From positions 960,001-1,024,000 of the forward strand of contig OZ242374.1 in the NCBI GenBank assembly GCA_965209055.1: DNA of 64,000 bases, read 5' to 3'. Under the pieces are notes generated by a model. That model was given only the letters and a program-made list of their open reading frames with translations, ran no database searches and had not been told where the DNA came from. The DNA comes from Acidobacteriota bacterium (GTDB lineage: Bacteria; Acidobacteriota; UBA6911; RPQK01; JAJDTT01). This document shows, one piece after another, positions 10,038 to 20,301 of this stretch; the first letter of the stretch is position 1; the number at the start of each line of letters is the position of its first letter. The position numbers were made by a program, and so were the translations under genes.

Positions 10038-11411
10038 ATGAACCGACGTGAAATGCTGTCTCTCATGGGGACCGGGTTCGGCACGGTAGGCATGTCCAGC
10101 CTGCTGGCCGGCCCTTCCGGCGACCAGCCCCTGTCTCGCCGGACACCCCATTTCCCACCCAAGGCCAAGCACGTCATCTTTCTCTTCCTCAACGGCGGGC
10201 TCTCCCAGGTGGATACTTTCGACCCCAAACCGGCGCTGGACCGGCACCACGGCGATCCGCTTCCCGGCCCCAAGGTCAGGACCGACCGGGCCTCGGGAAC
10301 CCTGATGAGATCTCCGTTTCGCTTCAGCCGCCGCGGCGAGAGCGGAATCCCGGTCTCTGAGATCTTCCCGCAAGTGGGCGAATCCATCGACGACTTCTGC
10401 GTCATCCGCTCCATGCATTCGGACATCGGCAATCACGAGCCCTCCCTGCTCCTCATGAGTTGTGGACATCAGCTCCCCGGTCACCCCTCCATGGGTTCGT
10501 GGATCACCTACGGACTGGGCTCCGAGAACGAGAACCTGCCCGGATTCGTGGTGTTGTGCCCCGGCTATCCCATCGTGGGCCCTCCCCTCTGGTCCTCCGG
10601 ATTCCTTCCCAACACCTACCAGGGGACCCACGTTCGCAACAACGAGACGTCGCCGGAAAAGCTGGTGCGGAACGTTCGAAATCAGAGTTTGCTCCCCGGC
10701 GAGCAGGAGCGGCAGTTGGCTCTGTTGTCCCGACTCAACCGCTCCTACCTGGGACGGCTCGGTCACCAGCCGGAACTGGAGTCGGGCATCGCCGCCATGG
10801 AAGTGGCGTTCCGGATGCAGATGGAAGTGCCCCACGTCTTCGACATCACCCGGGAGAAGGAATCCACACGCTCGCGGTACGGCGACAGCGACTTCGGCCG
10901 CGGCTGCCTCATGGCCCTTCGCCTGGTGGAGCAGGGGGTTCGCATGGTCCAGGTCTTCTACGGAAGCTCCCAGCCTTGGGACAGCCACGACGACATCCAG
11001 GACCACCGCCGCCACGCCCAGGTGGCCGACGGTCCCATCGCCGCCCTGATCCGGGACCTGAAGTCACGGGGCCTGTTCGAGGAGACCCTGGTCATGGTCG
11101 GCAGCGAGTTCGGCCGCACGCCCATGATTCAGAACAGCGGCCTGGAGAAGATCGGAAAGGGGCGGGACCACAACGTGCACGGCTACAGCACGCTTCTGGC
11201 GGGAGGTGGAATTCGCGGCGGCTGCACCTACGGCGCCACCGACGATTTCGGATACAAGGCCGTGGAAGACCGGGTCCATCCCAATGACCTGCATGCCACG
11301 ATCCTGCATCTCCTGGGCTTGGACCACACGCGATTGACCTTTCGGTACAGCGGGAGGGACTTCCGCCTCACCGACGTGGGGGGCAAGGTCCTCCACGACG
11401 TCCTGGCGTGA
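10038..11411 (+). CDS. DUF1501 domain protein with Tat-like NRRE leader
   Basis: AKHVIFLFLNGGLSQVDTFDPKP, WDSH, SEFGRTP, GRDHN, RDFRLTDV. Confidence 0.9.
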   Translation: MNRREMLSLMGTGFGTVGMSSLLAGPSGDQPLSRRTPHFPPKAKHVIFLFLNGGLSQVDTFDPKPALDRHHGDPLPGPKVRTDRASGTLMRSPFRFSRRGESGIPVSEIFPQVGESIDDFCVIRSMHSDIGNHEPSLLLMSCGHQLPGHPSMGSWITYGLGSENENLPGFVVLCPGYPIVGPPLWSSGFLPNTYQGTHVRNNETSPEKLVRNVRNQSLLPGEQERQLALLSRLNRSYLGRLGHQPELESGIAAMEVAFRMQMEVPHVFDITREKESTRSRYGDSDFGRGCLMALRLVEQGVRMVQVFYGSSQPWDSHDDIQDHRRHAQVADGPIAALIRDLKSRGLFEETLVMVGSEFGRTPMIQNSGLEKIGKGRDHNVHGYSTLLAGGGIRGGCTYGATDDFGYKAVEDRVHPNDLHATILHLLGLDHTRLTFRYSGRDFRLTDVGGKVLHDVLA

Positions 11412-11414
11412 CGG

Positions 11415-13670
11415 TCAAGGCGCCAGGAGTCGAGCCGCCCGTTCGACCTCGCCGGAGAAAGCCCGGATCAAGCCGGCCGTCCGTTCGATCTGAGCCTCGA
11501 CCTGTTTCCAGTTCCGCTGCTCAATGGCCTCTCGTACTCCGGGAAGGGTCTTGACTCCGTACCCGGTGTAGAAGCCCGGCGCATAGATGTGATGCCGGTA
11601 CCAGGGGCGCCCCGGCAGCCCCTCCGGGTGTGCGAATTTCTGCTCCAGCCCCGTCAGGATCCGATTCAACTGCAACCGTTCCGCTTCCGGAAGCGTGCCC
11701 CTCGATGCGAAACGTCCGTAGCCGCGAGCATACTTGCGGGCGCTGACCTGAAGTCCCGCCACGGCGTTTCGAAGCGGCGCGAAGTTGAAGAAGGGAACCG
11801 CGTCCCGAGGCGCGGGAGGGACGTAGGTCCGCGTCGGATCCGAGGCCGCTTTCAGATATCCCTCCCGGATCCAACGGTTCAGGGCTTCGGTCCCGCGGCG
11901 CATTTCGCCGGCCAGATTCATGACCTCCGTCAGGTAACCCTCCAGCGTGGCGGCCAGGCGGGTGAACTCCAACGGCAGGACTTCGGCATTGGCCAGCCGA
12001 AGAACGATTCTGCCGGCCACCTGGGCCAGGACCACGCCGTACCGGTATCCCGGATCCATGAACCGGTGGTAATGGTCGAAGGAGTCATAGAGGGAATGAT
12101 AGGAGCCCTGGGAGGACTCGCCGCCGAAAGCCAGATTCAGGCTGGCGATTCCCAGGTGCTGGAGAAACGGAGTGTAGTCGGAACCCGATCCCAGGGCTCC
12201 CAGCCTCACCCGCTCCACCGGTGCAAGCGGCAGCGGATCGATGGAGACCGTTCGCCGGGCCAGGGAACGCTGCAGGACGCTCAGGTCCGTCTGGGGATCG
12301 TCGACGTCCCTCGCCGCCTGATTGACCAGCGTTTCCAGGATGTGGGAGCCTCCCGCGCTCAGGAATCCGCGGCCGTTGGAGTCGCTGTTCACGTACACGA
12401 CGGCCTTTTTCTTCAACTCGCCGGCGTATTCCTCCACCCACTCGGTGGAGCCGATCAGGCCCGGCTCCTCGGCGTCCCAGGCGGCGTAGACGATGCTGCG
12501 GCGAGGACGCCAACCGTCCCCGGACAGGCTGGCCACCGCCCGGGCCTCGGCCAGCATGGCGGCCACGCCGCTCACCGGATCCCTGGCGCCGTGGACCCAG
12601 GCGTCGTGATGGTTGCCGCGGAGGATCCACTGATCCGGCTCTTCCCGGCCTTCCAGCCGGGCGATGACGTTGTAGACGCGAACCAGGTCCCAGTTGAACT
12701 CCAGCTTGAGGCGCACCTTGGCCGGACCCGGACCCACGTGGTAGGTGATGGGCAGGGCGCCGCGCCAATGGGGGGGAGCCACCGGACCCTCCAGCGCGCT
12801 GAGCAGGGGAAGGGCGTCTCCATGGGAGATGGGAAGGACCGGAATTCGAGGCAGGGTGGGCGCTTCGCTGCGGGACAACCTTTCGGCGTCCTCGGTCGCC
12901 GCCGTGAAGGGGGTCAATGGATCTCCGGGATGGACCGGCATGTCGAGCACCGATCCCCTCTCCACCCCATCCTCATTCCGAAACGGACCCGCGGGATAGG
13001 CGTCACCCTGGAAATACCCGTCGTCTTTGGGATCGGAATAGATGATGCAGGCCAGCGCGCCCCGCTCGGCCGCCAGCTTGGGCTTGAGCCCCCTCCATGA
13101 ACCCCCGTAGCGGGCGATGACGATCCGGTTCTTGACCTGAATGCCCCGGCGGTCCAGTTGCTCGTAATCGGCCGGGATCCCGTAGTTGACGTAGACCAGT
13201 TGACCGGTCGCCTCCCCATCCGGCGAGTAGGCGTTGTAGGCGGGCAAAATTTCCGAGGTCTGGCCGGAGGTGGAATCCTCGGCCAGCGCGGGTTCCTTCA
13301 GGCGAGCCCGGAAAGGCTCGGGCTCCAGCATTTCCAACCGGCGGAGCCTGGGTGTGGGAAAGAGGATCCGGTACTCGTCCAACCGGGCTTCATACCCCCA
13401 GGAGCGAAAGAGGGAAACCATGAACTCGGCGTTTTCCCGGCCTTTGGGAGAGCCCGGGTGATGCGGGCGGGAACTGAGCTTTCGGATCCATTCTTCAATC
13501 TGCGCCGGATCCAGGTCGGCGTCCATTTTCGATTCCAGGCGCCGCTGCTCCTCGGCCGCGCCGCGGGAAAACCCCAGGATTTCGGGAGGATTCTCCGGAG
13601 CGCTCTCGACCGGACCCCAACCGCTCCACAGGATCAGAAAACCGATTCCACAATTTCTACAGATGCGCAT
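11415..13670 (-). CDS. M28 family glutamate carboxypeptidase II-like peptidase (PA domain + transferrin-receptor-like dimerisation domain)
   Basis: GNHHDAW, WDAEEPGLIGSTEW, LGSGSDY, YHSLYD, GLPGRPWYRH. Confidence 0.9.
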   Translation of the reverse strand: MRICRNCGIGFLILWSGWGPVESAPENPPEILGFSRGAAEEQRRLESKMDADLDPAQIEEWIRKLSSRPHHPGSPKGRENAEFMVSLFRSWGYEARLDEYRILFPTPRLRRLEMLEPEPFRARLKEPALAEDSTSGQTSEILPAYNAYSPDGEATGQLVYVNYGIPADYEQLDRRGIQVKNRIVIARYGGSWRGLKPKLAAERGALACIIYSDPKDDGYFQGDAYPAGPFRNEDGVERGSVLDMPVHPGDPLTPFTAATEDAERLSRSEAPTLPRIPVLPISHGDALPLLSALEGPVAPPHWRGALPITYHVGPGPAKVRLKLEFNWDLVRVYNVIARLEGREEPDQWILRGNHHDAWVHGARDPVSGVAAMLAEARAVASLSGDGWRPRRSIVYAAWDAEEPGLIGSTEWVEEYAGELKKKAVVYVNSDSNGRGFLSAGGSHILETLVNQAARDVDDPQTDLSVLQRSLARRTVSIDPLPLAPVERVRLGALGSGSDYTPFLQHLGIASLNLAFGGESSQGSYHSLYDSFDHYHRFMDPGYRYGVVLAQVAGRIVLRLANAEVLPLEFTRLAATLEGYLTEVMNLAGEMRRGTEALNRWIREGYLKAASDPTRTYVPPAPRDAVPFFNFAPLRNAVAGLQVSARKYARGYGRFASRGTLPEAERLQLNRILTGLEQKFAHPEGLPGRPWYRHHIYAPGFYTGYGVKTLPGVREAIEQRNWKQVEAQIERTAGLIRAFSGEVERAARLLAP

Positions 13671-13710
13671 CGAGAACCTCCGGGAAACTCGCCAGGCTGC
13701 CGAGACCGTC

Positions 13711-15504
13711 TCAAAACGGCCAGAAACGAGGAATGAGCAGTGTCGCCATGACCCAGAAGAGCAGGCTCAAGGGACCGCCGAATCGGGTGAAGTCCAGAAA
13801 CCGGTAGTTGCCGGGAGCATAGACCATGAGATTGGTCTGGTAGCCCATGGGAGTGAGGAACGCCGACGACGCGGCGAAGCAGGTCGCCATCAGAAAGGGC
13901 CTCGCGTCCACGCCCAGGGCGACAGCCAGGCTCAGGGCCACCGGCGGCATCAGGACGGCGGTGGCCGCATTGGACACCACCTGAGTCAGGCCGCAGGTGA
14001 CCAGGTAGATCAGCGCGACCCCGACATATGGAGCGATGTCCGACCCCTCGAAGAAAGAGACCACAATCAATATCTGGTCGGCGATGTAGCCGGCCGTGCC
14101 GGTCTCGATCATGGCTTCCCCCACGGGGATCAACGACGCGATCAGGACGACGACCGACCAGTCGATGGAGCGGTAGGTCTCCTGCGGGGAGAGAATGGCG
14201 AGAAAAAGGAGTAGCACCACCGCCAGAAACGCACCCTTCAAAATCTCCATGGTGCCCACGGCGGCCAGGAGCACCATAACCGGAATCAAAGCCAGGACCA
14301 GCCACCAAAGGCGTCCTCTTCTGATGTGGAGATCGACCTCGGAGATGATGATGAGGTCCTCGGACCGCCTGAGTTCGTCGAGGCGATCGGGTGCCGCCAG
14401 CATCAGCAGCGTGTCGGAAAAACGCAACGGAATATACGCCAGCTTTTCCCGCATGATCTCCCCATGGCGACGGACAGCCAGCACGAAAGCCCGATAGTGC
14501 TGGCGAAAGTCGGTATCCCTCAGGTTCTTGCCGATGAGGGAACTGGTGCGGGTGACCAGTCCCTCCGCCATGATTTGACCCTCGCGGGCCAACTCCCGGT
14601 CGTTGAGCTTCACGTCTGAAAGGAGCGCCAGGCCCAATTCCCTTCGCAGCCTGAAGATATTGTCGACGGTCCCACGGACGATAAGGATGTCGCCGACGCC
14701 GAGACGCTCGTTTCGAATGTTTTGGGCAACATGCTGGCCATCTCTCAGGATCGAGAGGACGGTGATGTCGTAGGTCTTGTTCATGCCGACTTCAAGGCAG
14801 CTCTTTCCGGCGAGCTTCGACTTTTCCTGGACCCGGACTTCGGTCAGGTACGCGCCCATGTGGTAGTTCCCGGCCAGGGAGACGGGAGTGGAGCGGGCGG
14901 GCAGAAGACGCCGGGCGAGAAGGCAGACGTAGATCAGTCCGGCACCCAGCAACAGGATCCCCAAAGGGAAAAACTCGAACATTCCGAAAGCAGGCTGGCC
15001 GGCTTTTTCCGCGACAGAACTGACGATCAGATTGGTGGACGTCCCCACCAGGGTCAGGGTTCCTCCGGCCATACTGGCGAAGGAGAGGGGGATCAGGGCT
15101 TTGCTGGGACTCAGGTGAAAGCGCCGGCACAGGCTGATGGCCAAGGGAATGAAGACCGCAACCACAGCGGTGTTGTTCAGAAAGCCGGAGAGAATTCCGG
15201 CGACCCCCAGGAAAATGCACATTCCCAGCCATTTCCGGGTCCCTACCTGCCGACTGAGACGATCGGCGGCCACCTCCAGAATACCGGTCTTCACCAGGGC
15301 GTGACTCAGGACGAACATGGCGGCAATCGTGATCACCGCCTTGTTGCTGAACCCCGAAACGGCCTGTTCCACAGTGAGGGTTCCGGACACCAGGAGAACG
15401 CCCAACAGACCGACCGCAGTCACCTCGATGGGAAAGATTTCCAGCGAGAACACCAACAGCGCCACCACGATCAACACCAGCATGAAGGCAATCTCGAGTG
15501 TCAT
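13711..15504 (-). CDS. SLC13/CitMHS-family permease with two TrkA-C domains
   Basis: SGFLNNT, GGTLTLVGTSTN, TPMGYQTNLMVY; central soluble region. Confidence 0.88.
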   Translation of the reverse strand: MTLEIAFMLVLIVVALLVFSLEIFPIEVTAVGLLGVLLVSGTLTVEQAVSGFSNKAVITIAAMFVLSHALVKTGILEVAADRLSRQVGTRKWLGMCIFLGVAGILSGFLNNTAVVAVFIPLAISLCRRFHLSPSKALIPLSFASMAGGTLTLVGTSTNLIVSSVAEKAGQPAFGMFEFFPLGILLLGAGLIYVCLLARRLLPARSTPVSLAGNYHMGAYLTEVRVQEKSKLAGKSCLEVGMNKTYDITVLSILRDGQHVAQNIRNERLGVGDILIVRGTVDNIFRLRRELGLALLSDVKLNDRELAREGQIMAEGLVTRTSSLIGKNLRDTDFRQHYRAFVLAVRRHGEIMREKLAYIPLRFSDTLLMLAAPDRLDELRRSEDLIIISEVDLHIRRGRLWWLVLALIPVMVLLAAVGTMEILKGAFLAVVLLLFLAILSPQETYRSIDWSVVVLIASLIPVGEAMIETGTAGYIADQILIVVSFFEGSDIAPYVGVALIYLVTCGLTQVVSNAATAVLMPPVALSLAVALGVDARPFLMATCFAASSAFLTPMGYQTNLMVYAPGNYRFLDFTRFGGPLSLLFWVMATLLIPRFWPF

Positions 15505-15534
15505 GATCCGCCGGTCTCCGAAACCTCTAAGAAA

Positions 15535-15587
15535 TCGGCGGTTAGGAAACCGCCGCTCCAGTTCGGCGGTAAGAAAACCGCCGCTCC
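15535..15587. repeat. REP-like tandem doublet (reverse orientation)
   Basis: Reverse complement GGAGCGGCGGTTTTCTTACCGCCGAACT-GGAGCGGCGGTTTCCTAACCGCCGA matches the 45-96 units. Confidence 0.75.
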
Positions 15588-15658
15588 GCTCCTTTCCTTT
15601 TTCTGCCGGGCGTCCGCCGGACCGAGCCGGTGGGGAAGCGCCTCATCTGACCTCCTGA

Positions 15659-17716
15659 TCATGCGTCCCACCTCGAATACCGGGAACGCAACTGCCGCCG
15701 CAGGATCTTGTTGGAGGCGGTGCGGGGCATCTGGTGGACCACCTTCACGTCGTGCAAACGGAACAGGGGGTTGAGCCGGTCGGCAATCGCCTGTTGAAAG
15801 ATCCGCAGAAGTGCGTCCTCGTCGAAATCCGGTTCCGGCGTCGCCGGGACGACGTAGACCACCAGCCGGGTCGCCCCTCCCTCGGGAGGAGAGACCGCCA
15901 CCGCCGCCGTCTCGCCGATCCCCGGAACCCGGTTCAAGACTCGTTCGATCTCTGCCGACCCCACCTTGATGCCGCCCAGGTTCATGGTGTCGTCCATCCG
16001 TCCCTGAGCCCGGTAGTAACCGTTGCCCAGCCGCTCCATCCGATCCCCATGGCGGCGCAGCGGGACCCCTTCCGGTCCCTGGGGCGTTCCGGCGAAATAC
16101 TCCCGGTGGTGGTCCCGGTTCAAGAGGCGCGTGGAGAGGCCGATCGATGGCGGAACAATGAAAATCTCCCCTTGGTCGGACTCGACTCCACGCCGATCCC
16201 GAATGGTCAGACTCATCCCCAGAGCCGCCGTCGAGAAAGCTGAGGCGACAGAAGGTTGCACCACGGTGCCGGTGATGTAGGCGCCGCCGATCTCGGTTCC
16301 GCCGCAGTATTCGACCACCGGCCGGTATCCCGCCCGGGAGGTCAGATAGTGCATGTCGTCCGGATTCGAGCACTCTCCCGTGGAGGTGAAGACCCTGACC
16401 GAGGACCAGTCGAGTCCTTCCACGCAGCTTCCGGCCCGCCAGGCCCCGACCAGAGTGGGCACGACCCCCAGGACGTTCACCCTCGCATCCTGCACGAACT
16501 CGCAGAATTCCCTGGACGTGGGAATGCCGTCGAACAGCGCGATGGTGGCTCCATTGATGAGGGAAGCATAGATCAACCAGGGTCCCATCATCCATCCCAG
16601 GCTCGTGGGCCATGTCACCACGTCTCCCTCCCGAATGTCCTGGTGCAGGCATCCGTCGGCGGCGCACTTGATGGGGGTCAGGTGGGTGAACGGAATGGCC
16701 TTGGGATCGCCCGTGGTCCCCGAGGAGAAGAGAATGTTGATGGCGTCATCAGGATCACACGCCACCGCCCGGAACGCCTCCTCATCACTCAGGAAATCGT
16801 CCCAAGACAGGTCTCCCTCCCGGAGCGGTTCGGAGAGGCGTCCCTGCACCGGCACCACCACCGCCACCGGAGCGCCGGCCTCCAACATCCTGGGGTATAG
16901 GGGCAGCTCCCGGGAACCGCGAAGAATCCGGTCCTGGGTGAAGAGGGCCCTGGCTTCTCCGACTATGAGCCGGGTCCGGACCTCCGGCGCGGAAAAGCTT
17001 TCGGCTATGGTCAGCGCCACGCAGCCCGCCTTGATGACACCCAGGTAGATGGCCACGGCTTCGACGTTCATGGGCATGTCGATGGCAACCGTGTCGCCCC
17101 GGTCCACTCCCAGGCGGGGCAGCGCGTTGGCGACGCGATTCGAAAGGGAGTCCAGCTCCTTCCGGGTCAGACTGGAAACCGGCGCTCCCTCTCTGTGACA
17201 AACGATGGCCGGGTCCGATCCGCGGCCGAAACAGCTCTCGGCGATGTTCAGCCTGGCGCCGGGCAGCCATCTCACGTTTTCCGCGCCCGGTGTCGAATCC
17301 AGAATCTTGACCGGCGGAGTCCGGAACCGGATCCCCAGTTGCCGGATCATCAAATCCCAGAACGCGGAGCGGTCCTCTACGGTCCAGGAGTGGAGTTCGG
17401 CATACGACTTCAGACCCAGTTGCTCTTGGATTCGCGCCAGGTTCGTTTCCCGGATGGATTCCGGCGCCGGAACGAAAATGGGCGCGGGGCCCGCATCGGG
17501 CTCGTTGCCGCACACGGTCCGGTGCAGCAGTTGGTGGACCGGGAACGGATGGGCCGGACTCAGAAGACCGCTGCTCACTCTTCGCCAGCATTCGGCGGCG
17601 GAGCAATTCCCCAACAGACGGTTCACTTCCGCCGAGAGGCGCCGCGCTTCCGGAGGCTCCACCCCAAGGGCGACGAGATCGCCGCTGCGTACCCGTTCGG
17701 CGGCGGAGCTTCTCAC
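15659..17716 (-). CDS. AMP-forming acyl-CoA synthetase (AAE17/AAE18-like)
   Basis: ILFSSGTTGDPKAIP, EYCGGTEIGG, RRHGD, GRMDDTMNLGGIKV, PRTASNK. Confidence 0.85.
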   Translation of the reverse strand: MRSSAAERVRSGDLVALGVEPPEARRLSAEVNRLLGNCSAAECWRRVSSGLLSPAHPFPVHQLLHRTVCGNEPDAGPAPIFVPAPESIRETNLARIQEQLGLKSYAELHSWTVEDRSAFWDLMIRQLGIRFRTPPVKILDSTPGAENVRWLPGARLNIAESCFGRGSDPAIVCHREGAPVSSLTRKELDSLSNRVANALPRLGVDRGDTVAIDMPMNVEAVAIYLGVIKAGCVALTIAESFSAPEVRTRLIVGEARALFTQDRILRGSRELPLYPRMLEAGAPVAVVVPVQGRLSEPLREGDLSWDDFLSDEEAFRAVACDPDDAINILFSSGTTGDPKAIPFTHLTPIKCAADGCLHQDIREGDVVTWPTSLGWMMGPWLIYASLINGATIALFDGIPTSREFCEFVQDARVNVLGVVPTLVGAWRAGSCVEGLDWSSVRVFTSTGECSNPDDMHYLTSRAGYRPVVEYCGGTEIGGAYITGTVVQPSVASAFSTAALGMSLTIRDRRGVESDQGEIFIVPPSIGLSTRLLNRDHHREYFAGTPQGPEGVPLRRHGDRMERLGNGYYRAQGRMDDTMNLGGIKVGSAEIERVLNRVPGIGETAAVAVSPPEGGATRLVVYVVPATPEPDFDEDALLRIFQQAIADRLNPLFRLHDVKVVHQMPRTASNKILRRQLRSRYSRWDA

Positions 17717-18933
17717 TCCTCACTCCTCCGCTTCTCTCTTGCGGGCTTGCTTTTCCCCCTTTTCTCTCCCGGCCCCCATTCCACTTTCAGCCGCACAAGA
17801 CCCGCATCGGAACCACTGCGGGTCACGGAGAAGGGTTCCTTCTTTTCGGCCAGGTCGTAGGACTGGAGACCGTCGGTGTCGGTGGCCACGACATTGAAAT
17901 AGTACCGGCCTTCCAACAGCGCCATGCGGGGAAAGACCACCCGGGCACGGTAGTCGCCGGGACCGGCCTCCCGGAGCGGGACCCCGTCGAAGACGGTGCT
18001 GGTGACGTAGACGACAACCCCGTCGTCTCGCACCACGGCGACCCCCAGGCCGGGAGTTCCGCGAAACTCGGGGAGAAAGCGGGCCGACACGTCCAACTCC
18101 AGGCTCTCGCCGGTCCGGAAGGGTCCGGTCCGGGGGCGTTGGAGCTTGACATCCTCGATCCAGCAGATCTTTCGAGAACCGGCCTCCCGGGCCCGGACCG
18201 GATCCCACTCCCGGCTCCCGGTCCGGCAGAAATCACGGTATCGCCCCAACACTTCGCGGCTTGAACCCATGGCTTGGACCTGCCCCCGATGCAGCCACAG
18301 GGCTCTGGAGCAGAAGCTCTCGATCTGATGGAGAGCGTGGGAGCACAGGACGGCGGTGCAGCCTCGATCCCGAAGGCCCTGGATTCGATTCAGGCACCTG
18401 CTCTGGAACTCGCCGTCTCCCACGGCCAGGACCTCGTCCACGATCAGGACATCCGGCTCGAAACTGGTCGCCAGGGAGAAGGCAAGCCGCAACATCATGC
18501 CCGCGGAGTAGGTCTTGAGCGGCCGATCGATCTCGTCGCCAAGGCCACTGAATTCGATGATCCCGGACTCGCGGCGGGCGATCTCCTCTCTGGAAAAACC
18601 GGCCAGCGCGCCCCCGAAGTAAAGGTTGCGCCTTCCCGTGAACTCCGGATCGAAACCGACGCCCAATTCCAGAAGCGCCGCCACCCGGCCCTGGACCCGG
18701 ACATCTCCGCGGGTGGGAGCGCAGGTCCCGGCCAAGATCTTGAGCAGCGTCGTCTTCCCCGCCCCGTTGTTGCCGACGATGCCGAAACTTTCGCCGCGCC
18801 GGACCTGAAAGCTGACCGATTTCAGGGCCGCGAATTGCCGATGGGAAGATCTCCCGGAACTGAGCTCCCGCAACAGGGCAAATGGACCGGGATAGGACTT
18901 GTAGACCTTGCTGACCTGAAGGGCCCGGATCAC
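17713..18933 (-). CDS. Polysaccharide ABC exporter ATPase (Wzt-like) with C-terminal carbohydrate-binding domain
   Basis: GNNGAGKTT, KTYSAGM, LIVDEVLAVGD; start reassigned to GTG 18933 (TATACT lies 6 nt upstream). Confidence 0.85.
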   Translation of the reverse strand: MIRALQVSKVYKSYPGPFALLRELSSGRSSHRQFAALKSVSFQVRRGESFGIVGNNGAGKTTLLKILAGTCAPTRGDVRVQGRVAALLELGVGFDPEFTGRRNLYFGGALAGFSREEIARRESGIIEFSGLGDEIDRPLKTYSAGMMLRLAFSLATSFEPDVLIVDEVLAVGDGEFQSRCLNRIQGLRDRGCTAVLCSHALHQIESFCSRALWLHRGQVQAMGSSREVLGRYRDFCRTGSREWDPVRAREAGSRKICWIEDVKLQRPRTGPFRTGESLELDVSARFLPEFRGTPGLGVAVVRDDGVVVYVTSTVFDGVPLREAGPGDYRARVVFPRMALLEGRYYFNVVATDTDGLQSYDLAEKKEPFSVTRSGSDAGLVRLKVEWGPGEKRGKSKPAREKRRSEE

Positions 18934-19036
18934 GTCGGGAGTATACCAGCCGGTGCCGAGTCTCCCACGCCGAAGACGAGTGGCCTCGCTTGCGGCAAGC
19001 ACCCGGGACACCTGTGCAGGCGTCAGGGAAATCCCG

Positions 19037-20299
19037 TCACTTTTTCCGGAGATCCAGGCAGATCAGTCGGATTTCGTTGCGCAGATAGAGCAGTCCGTGG
19101 GAAAGAACCGGTGGAGCCCAGCAGGGGTAGGTGAGAACCCGGGCGCGCGCCTTCTCCCGATACGAGTCCGGGCTCAGTTCCACCAGAGCCAGGTCCCCCC
19201 GCTCCCCCAGGAGGATGAGCCGTCCCTCGGCCAGGACAAAACTGGACCGCCCCAGCTCCCGAGGTGATTTCCAGCGAACCGCACCCGTCAGGAATTCGAT
19301 GCAACGCAGGTTGGCCTGTCCCTCGTGCCGGCCGTCCACGCCATACAGGTATCCGTCCCGGTAGAGACTCGTGGCCCAGTGGTTCTGCATCGCCATCCGG
19401 TCTCGCCAGACTTCCGTCGGACCCTGCGATCCCAACTCCAGCAGAACGGCTCCCGTATTGTAGGTCGCCGAGAGAAAGACGTGGTCGCCCACCACGACCG
19501 GCGTGGCGGCATTGACCGATTCATAGCTGCGGGAGCGGAACGGATAGCGGTACAGTTCCCGGCCGTCCGCCGCGTCCACGGCCAGAAAGCCCGACCGGGT
19601 CAGAAACATGGCGACTCGCCGTCCGTCCAGGTCGACGACGGCCGGCGTCGAGTAGCTCGCCTCGTCATCGCCGGTCTTCCAGATGGTCTCACCCGAGCGC
19701 TTGTCCACCGCCAGGACACCCGCGCCGTCGCCGCCCGCGTTCACCAGGATTCGATTCCCTTCCACGACGGGAGCCGAACCGACACCGAAAAAGTTCTGCG
19801 GGACACGGTAGTCGCGGTTGATCCACCGCTGCCAAAGGATTCGGCCCGTGGAGAATTCCAGACAGGTGAGCTTTCCCTCGGCCCCGAAGGTGTAGACACG
19901 GTCTCCGTCGATGGCCGGGGAGGATCGGGGGCCGTTGTTGTAACCGTAACGATCCCGGTAGCGAGTGGGATACCCCTGCTTCCAGATAGGACGTCCCGTC
20001 CCGGCTTCCAGACACTCGACCACCTCCTGGCCCCGAATGCGGTGAAATACGACGATCCGGCCGCCAGAGGTCACCGGCGGACTGAACGACCGGCCCAAGC
20101 TCCGTTCCCAAACCAGCGGCGGACCCTCTTCGGACCAGCCCTCCAGCAAACCGGTCTCGCTTGAGCTGGCGTCTCCACGCGGCCCCAGGAACCGGGGCCA
20201 ATCCTCTCCTCCCGTCCCGGCCGGCAGCGGCAGGTGAACCTGAAACCCCAGCAAGAGCGGGAAGAGCCACCGGGGCGCGCAGGCGAAAGATCCGCGCAT
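19037..20299 (-). CDS. PQQ-binding-like beta-propeller protein (secreted)
   Basis: Signal peptide, then DWPRFLGP, GPRSSPAIDG, SYSTP, CWAPPVLSHGLLYLRN; start trimmed to ATG 20299. Confidence 0.85.
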   Translation of the reverse strand: MRGSFACAPRWLFPLLLGFQVHLPLPAGTGGEDWPRFLGPRGDASSSETGLLEGWSEEGPPLVWERSLGRSFSPPVTSGGRIVVFHRIRGQEVVECLEAGTGRPIWKQGYPTRYRDRYGYNNGPRSSPAIDGDRVYTFGAEGKLTCLEFSTGRILWQRWINRDYRVPQNFFGVGSAPVVEGNRILVNAGGDGAGVLAVDKRSGETIWKTGDDEASYSTPAVVDLDGRRVAMFLTRSGFLAVDAADGRELYRYPFRSRSYESVNAATPVVVGDHVFLSATYNTGAVLLELGSQGPTEVWRDRMAMQNHWATSLYRDGYLYGVDGRHEGQANLRCIEFLTGAVRWKSPRELGRSSFVLAEGRLILLGERGDLALVELSPDSYREKARARVLTYPCWAPPVLSHGLLYLRNEIRLICLDLRKK

Positions 20300-20301
20300 T
20301 C

